DNA of 64,000 bases, from assembly GCA_002269645.1 (NCBI GenBank), contig NIVC01001646.1:62001-126000 (forward strand). Direction: 5' to 3'. The first letter of the stretch is position 1, and every line of letters starts with the position of its first letter. Under the pieces are notes generated by a model. It made no database searches and had not been told where the DNA came from. It saw nothing but the letters and a program-made list of their open reading frames with translations. The translations under genes were made by a program, and so were the position numbers. Shown piece after piece: positions 61,570-64,000 of the stretch. Source of the DNA: Macrostomum lignano (taxonomy: Eukaryota).

Positions 61570-63691
61570 CAGCAGCAGCAGCCGGAAAGCGACTGGGTCC
61601 GGGTGGGCCTGGCCGGCTGCTCCAACCTGACGGCGGCGGTGGTCACCAATCCTGTAGACGTGGTGAAGATTCGCCTGCAGATCCAAGGCGAAGCAGCCAA
61701 CCGGACGAGCAGCGCTCGCTACGCCGGTTTCATTCGCGGCCTGGCCACCGTGGTCCGCAACGAAGGCCTTCGCGGTCTGTACAAAGGCGTCGTGCCGTCG
61801 ATGATGCGCGATGGCGGCTACGGGGCCATCCGGGTGGGCCTGTACGAGCCTGTCAAGCGGCTGTTCGGGGAGACCGATCCGGCTAACTTCTCGTTGTGGA
61901 AGAAAATCTGTTCGGGCGCTGTCACCGGCGTGCTGGGTAGCGCTGTGGCTACGCCTACGGATTTAGTGAAAGTTCGAATGCAGGCGTTCGAGTCCGGGGC
62001 CAGGTACCGCGGCACCTGGCACGCTTTTGTTAGTATCTATGCGGAGGGCGGCGTGCCTGCCCTGTACAAGGGCATCGGGCCGACTGTAGCCCGGGCCGCT
62101 GTTGTCACCGCTACTCAGGTCAGTCTGCTGCTTGGTTTGGGTTAGGCTGGGTCAGATTTAGGGTGTTTATGGGTCAGATTGGTGTGCTTATGGGTCAGAC
62201 TTAGTGTGTTTGTGGGACAGGTTTAGTGTGTTTATGGGACAGGTTTAGTGTGTTTATTATGGGACAGATTTAGTGTGTTTATGGGTCAGTTTTAGTGTTT
62301 ATGGGTCAGTTTTAGTGTTTATGGGTCAGTTTTAGTGTTTATGGGTCAGTTTTAGTGTTTATGGGACAGATTTAGTGTTTATGGGTCAGATTTAGTGTTT
62401 ATGGGTCAGTTTTAGTGTTTATGGGTCAGTTTTAGTGTTTATGGGACAGATTTAGTGTGTTTATGGGTCAGGTTTAGTGTGTTTATGGGTCAGTTTTAGT
62501 GTTTATGGGTCAGTTTTAGTGTTTATGGGACAGATTTAGTGTGTTTATGGGTTAGATTTAGTGTTTTTATGGGTCAGTTTTAGTGTTTATGGGTCAGATT
62601 TAGTGTTTATGGGTCAGTTTTAGTGTTTTTATGGGTCAGTTTTAGTGTTTATGGGTCAGGTTTAGTGTGTTTATGGGTCAGTTTTAGTGTTTATGGGTCA
62701 GTTTTAGTGTTTATGGGTCAGATTTAGTGTATTTATGGGTCAGTTTTAGTGTTTATGGGTCACATTTAGTGTTTATGGGTCAGATTTAGTGTTTATGGGT
62801 CAGTTTTAGTGTTTATGGGTCAGATTTAGTGTTTATGGGTCAGATTTAGTGTTTTTATGGGTCAGTTTTAGTGTTTATGGGTCAGATTTAGTGTTTATGG
62901 GACAGATTTAGTGTGTTTATGGGTCAGATTTAGTGTTTATGGGTCAGATTTAGTGTTTATGGGTCAGTTTTAGTGTATTTATGGGTCAGATTTAGTGTAT
63001 TTATGGGTCAGATTTAGTGTATTTATGGGTCAGATTTAGTGTATTTATGGGTCAGGTTTAGTGTATTTATGGGTCAGGTTTAGTGTGTTTTTTATGAGAC
63101 GGATTTAGTGTATTTATGGGTTAGGTTTAGTGTATTTATTATCAGTCACGTTATTTGTGTTTATAGGTCATTTTTGTGTTTATGGGTCAGATTTTGTGTT
63201 TATAGGTCAGCTTTTGTGTTAATGGGTCAGATTTTGTGTCTAAATCGGTCAGATAGTATGTTTTGTTCAGATTTGGTGTTTTTGAGGATGTCAGAGTCAG
63301 GTCAGCACTCCACATTAAGACACAAGATCCCTCATCATTGCAGGTGCCATCCTACGATCACTTTAAGCCCACCATGCTGAGCAGAGGCCTGCTCAAAGAG
63401 GGCCTGCCTTTGCACTTTCTAGCCAGCATGTTCGCCGGGCTGATGTGCGCCATCACAACCTCACCATTGGATGTAGTGAAGACCCGGGTGATGAACCAGG
63501 ACACGGTGGGCCTTCGTGGAGCCGCCTATTCCAATGCGTTCTCTTGCGCCGCTGCCGCCATCAGGACCGAAGGTCTGACCGGCCTCTATAAAGGATTCGT
63601 GCCGAACTGGATGCGGATCGGGCCGCACACTGTTATCACTTTTATGATTTTTGAGCAGCTTAGAAAACTGGTTGGCATTAGGCCGATTTAA
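61570..63691 (+). CDS. Mitochondrial carrier (SLC25), UCP-like / Dictyostelium ucpB-like. Exons ~61570-62118 and 63344-63691; no ATG in the first visible exon
   Basis: Three carrier signatures: PVDVVKIRLQ, PTDLVKVRMQ, PLDVVKTRVM. ATQ|VPSYDH joins across a phase-0 intron (CAG|gtcagt...ttgcag|GTG). C-terminus GLYKGFVPNWMRIGPHTVITFMIFEQLRKLVGIRPI resembles ucpB-type carriers. Confidence 0.9.
62145..63260. repeat. ~20-22-bp minisatellite in the carrier intron (atgggtcagttttagtgttt)
   Basis: Direct reading. Confidence 0.95.
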
Positions 63692-64000
63692 TCTTAATAA
63701 ACTGATTTGCTGTAATTGTAATTCTATTTAAAATATTCAATTTTCTATACATGTCGGCTGGATTATATTTTATTATACATTTATAACTATGACTGGCTAC
63801 TATTAGTAAGCCTACTAATTCCGTATTCTGTTTCCGTTATTCTATGCCAGATTTTTCTGGATAGTGATATTTTATTCATAGATTACAAAATATGTCAGAT
63901 AAATTAGTGAAAATAATTATAGAAACGTTATCTCAACTTTTAGGCGATATGTATCGAAAGTACTGTTTTTTCATTACTGTACAAATTTCGATAAAATATT

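Overview
Eukaryotic (animal) genomic DNA, not prokaryotic. Short GC-richer exons are separated by introns and spacers, and nearly every one holds its own minisatellite (about 35 arrays, 4-55 bp units). This architecture suggests the flatworm Macrostomum lignano or a relative; that is inference, not a database result. Four + strand spliced genes can be reconstructed with consistent splice phases: a PPP1R3-type glycogen-targeting PP1 subunit (RVxF + CBM21; 38.1-43.4 kb), a centrin-2/1-type protein (54.5-55.6 kb), a NUDT17-like Nudix hydrolase (57.3-59.8 kb) and a ucpB/UCP-like SLC25 mitochondrial carrier (61.6-63.7 kb). The first ~35 kb probably holds an unidentified multi-exon minus-strand gene. 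An AT-rich, minisatellite-free island (45.5-53.3 kb) holds a Merlin/ISXO2 transposase fragment, an orphan CCAAT/TATA promoter and several hairpins. Main leads: (1) the last three genes look like an operon-like cluster whose 5' ends are in-frame splice acceptors, and the carrier has no ATG of its own, which fits initiation from the 3'-terminal AUG of the flatworm spliced leader; (2) a 157-bp inverted repeat after PPP1R3 in which all 16 transition differences are G-U compatible on the + strand (A-to-I-like signature); (3) a 471-bp foldback MITE with an 11-bp target-site duplication; (4) about 80 tandem decoy 3' splice sites in a PPP1R3 intron. Almost all long ORFs in the supplied track are repeat artefacts.
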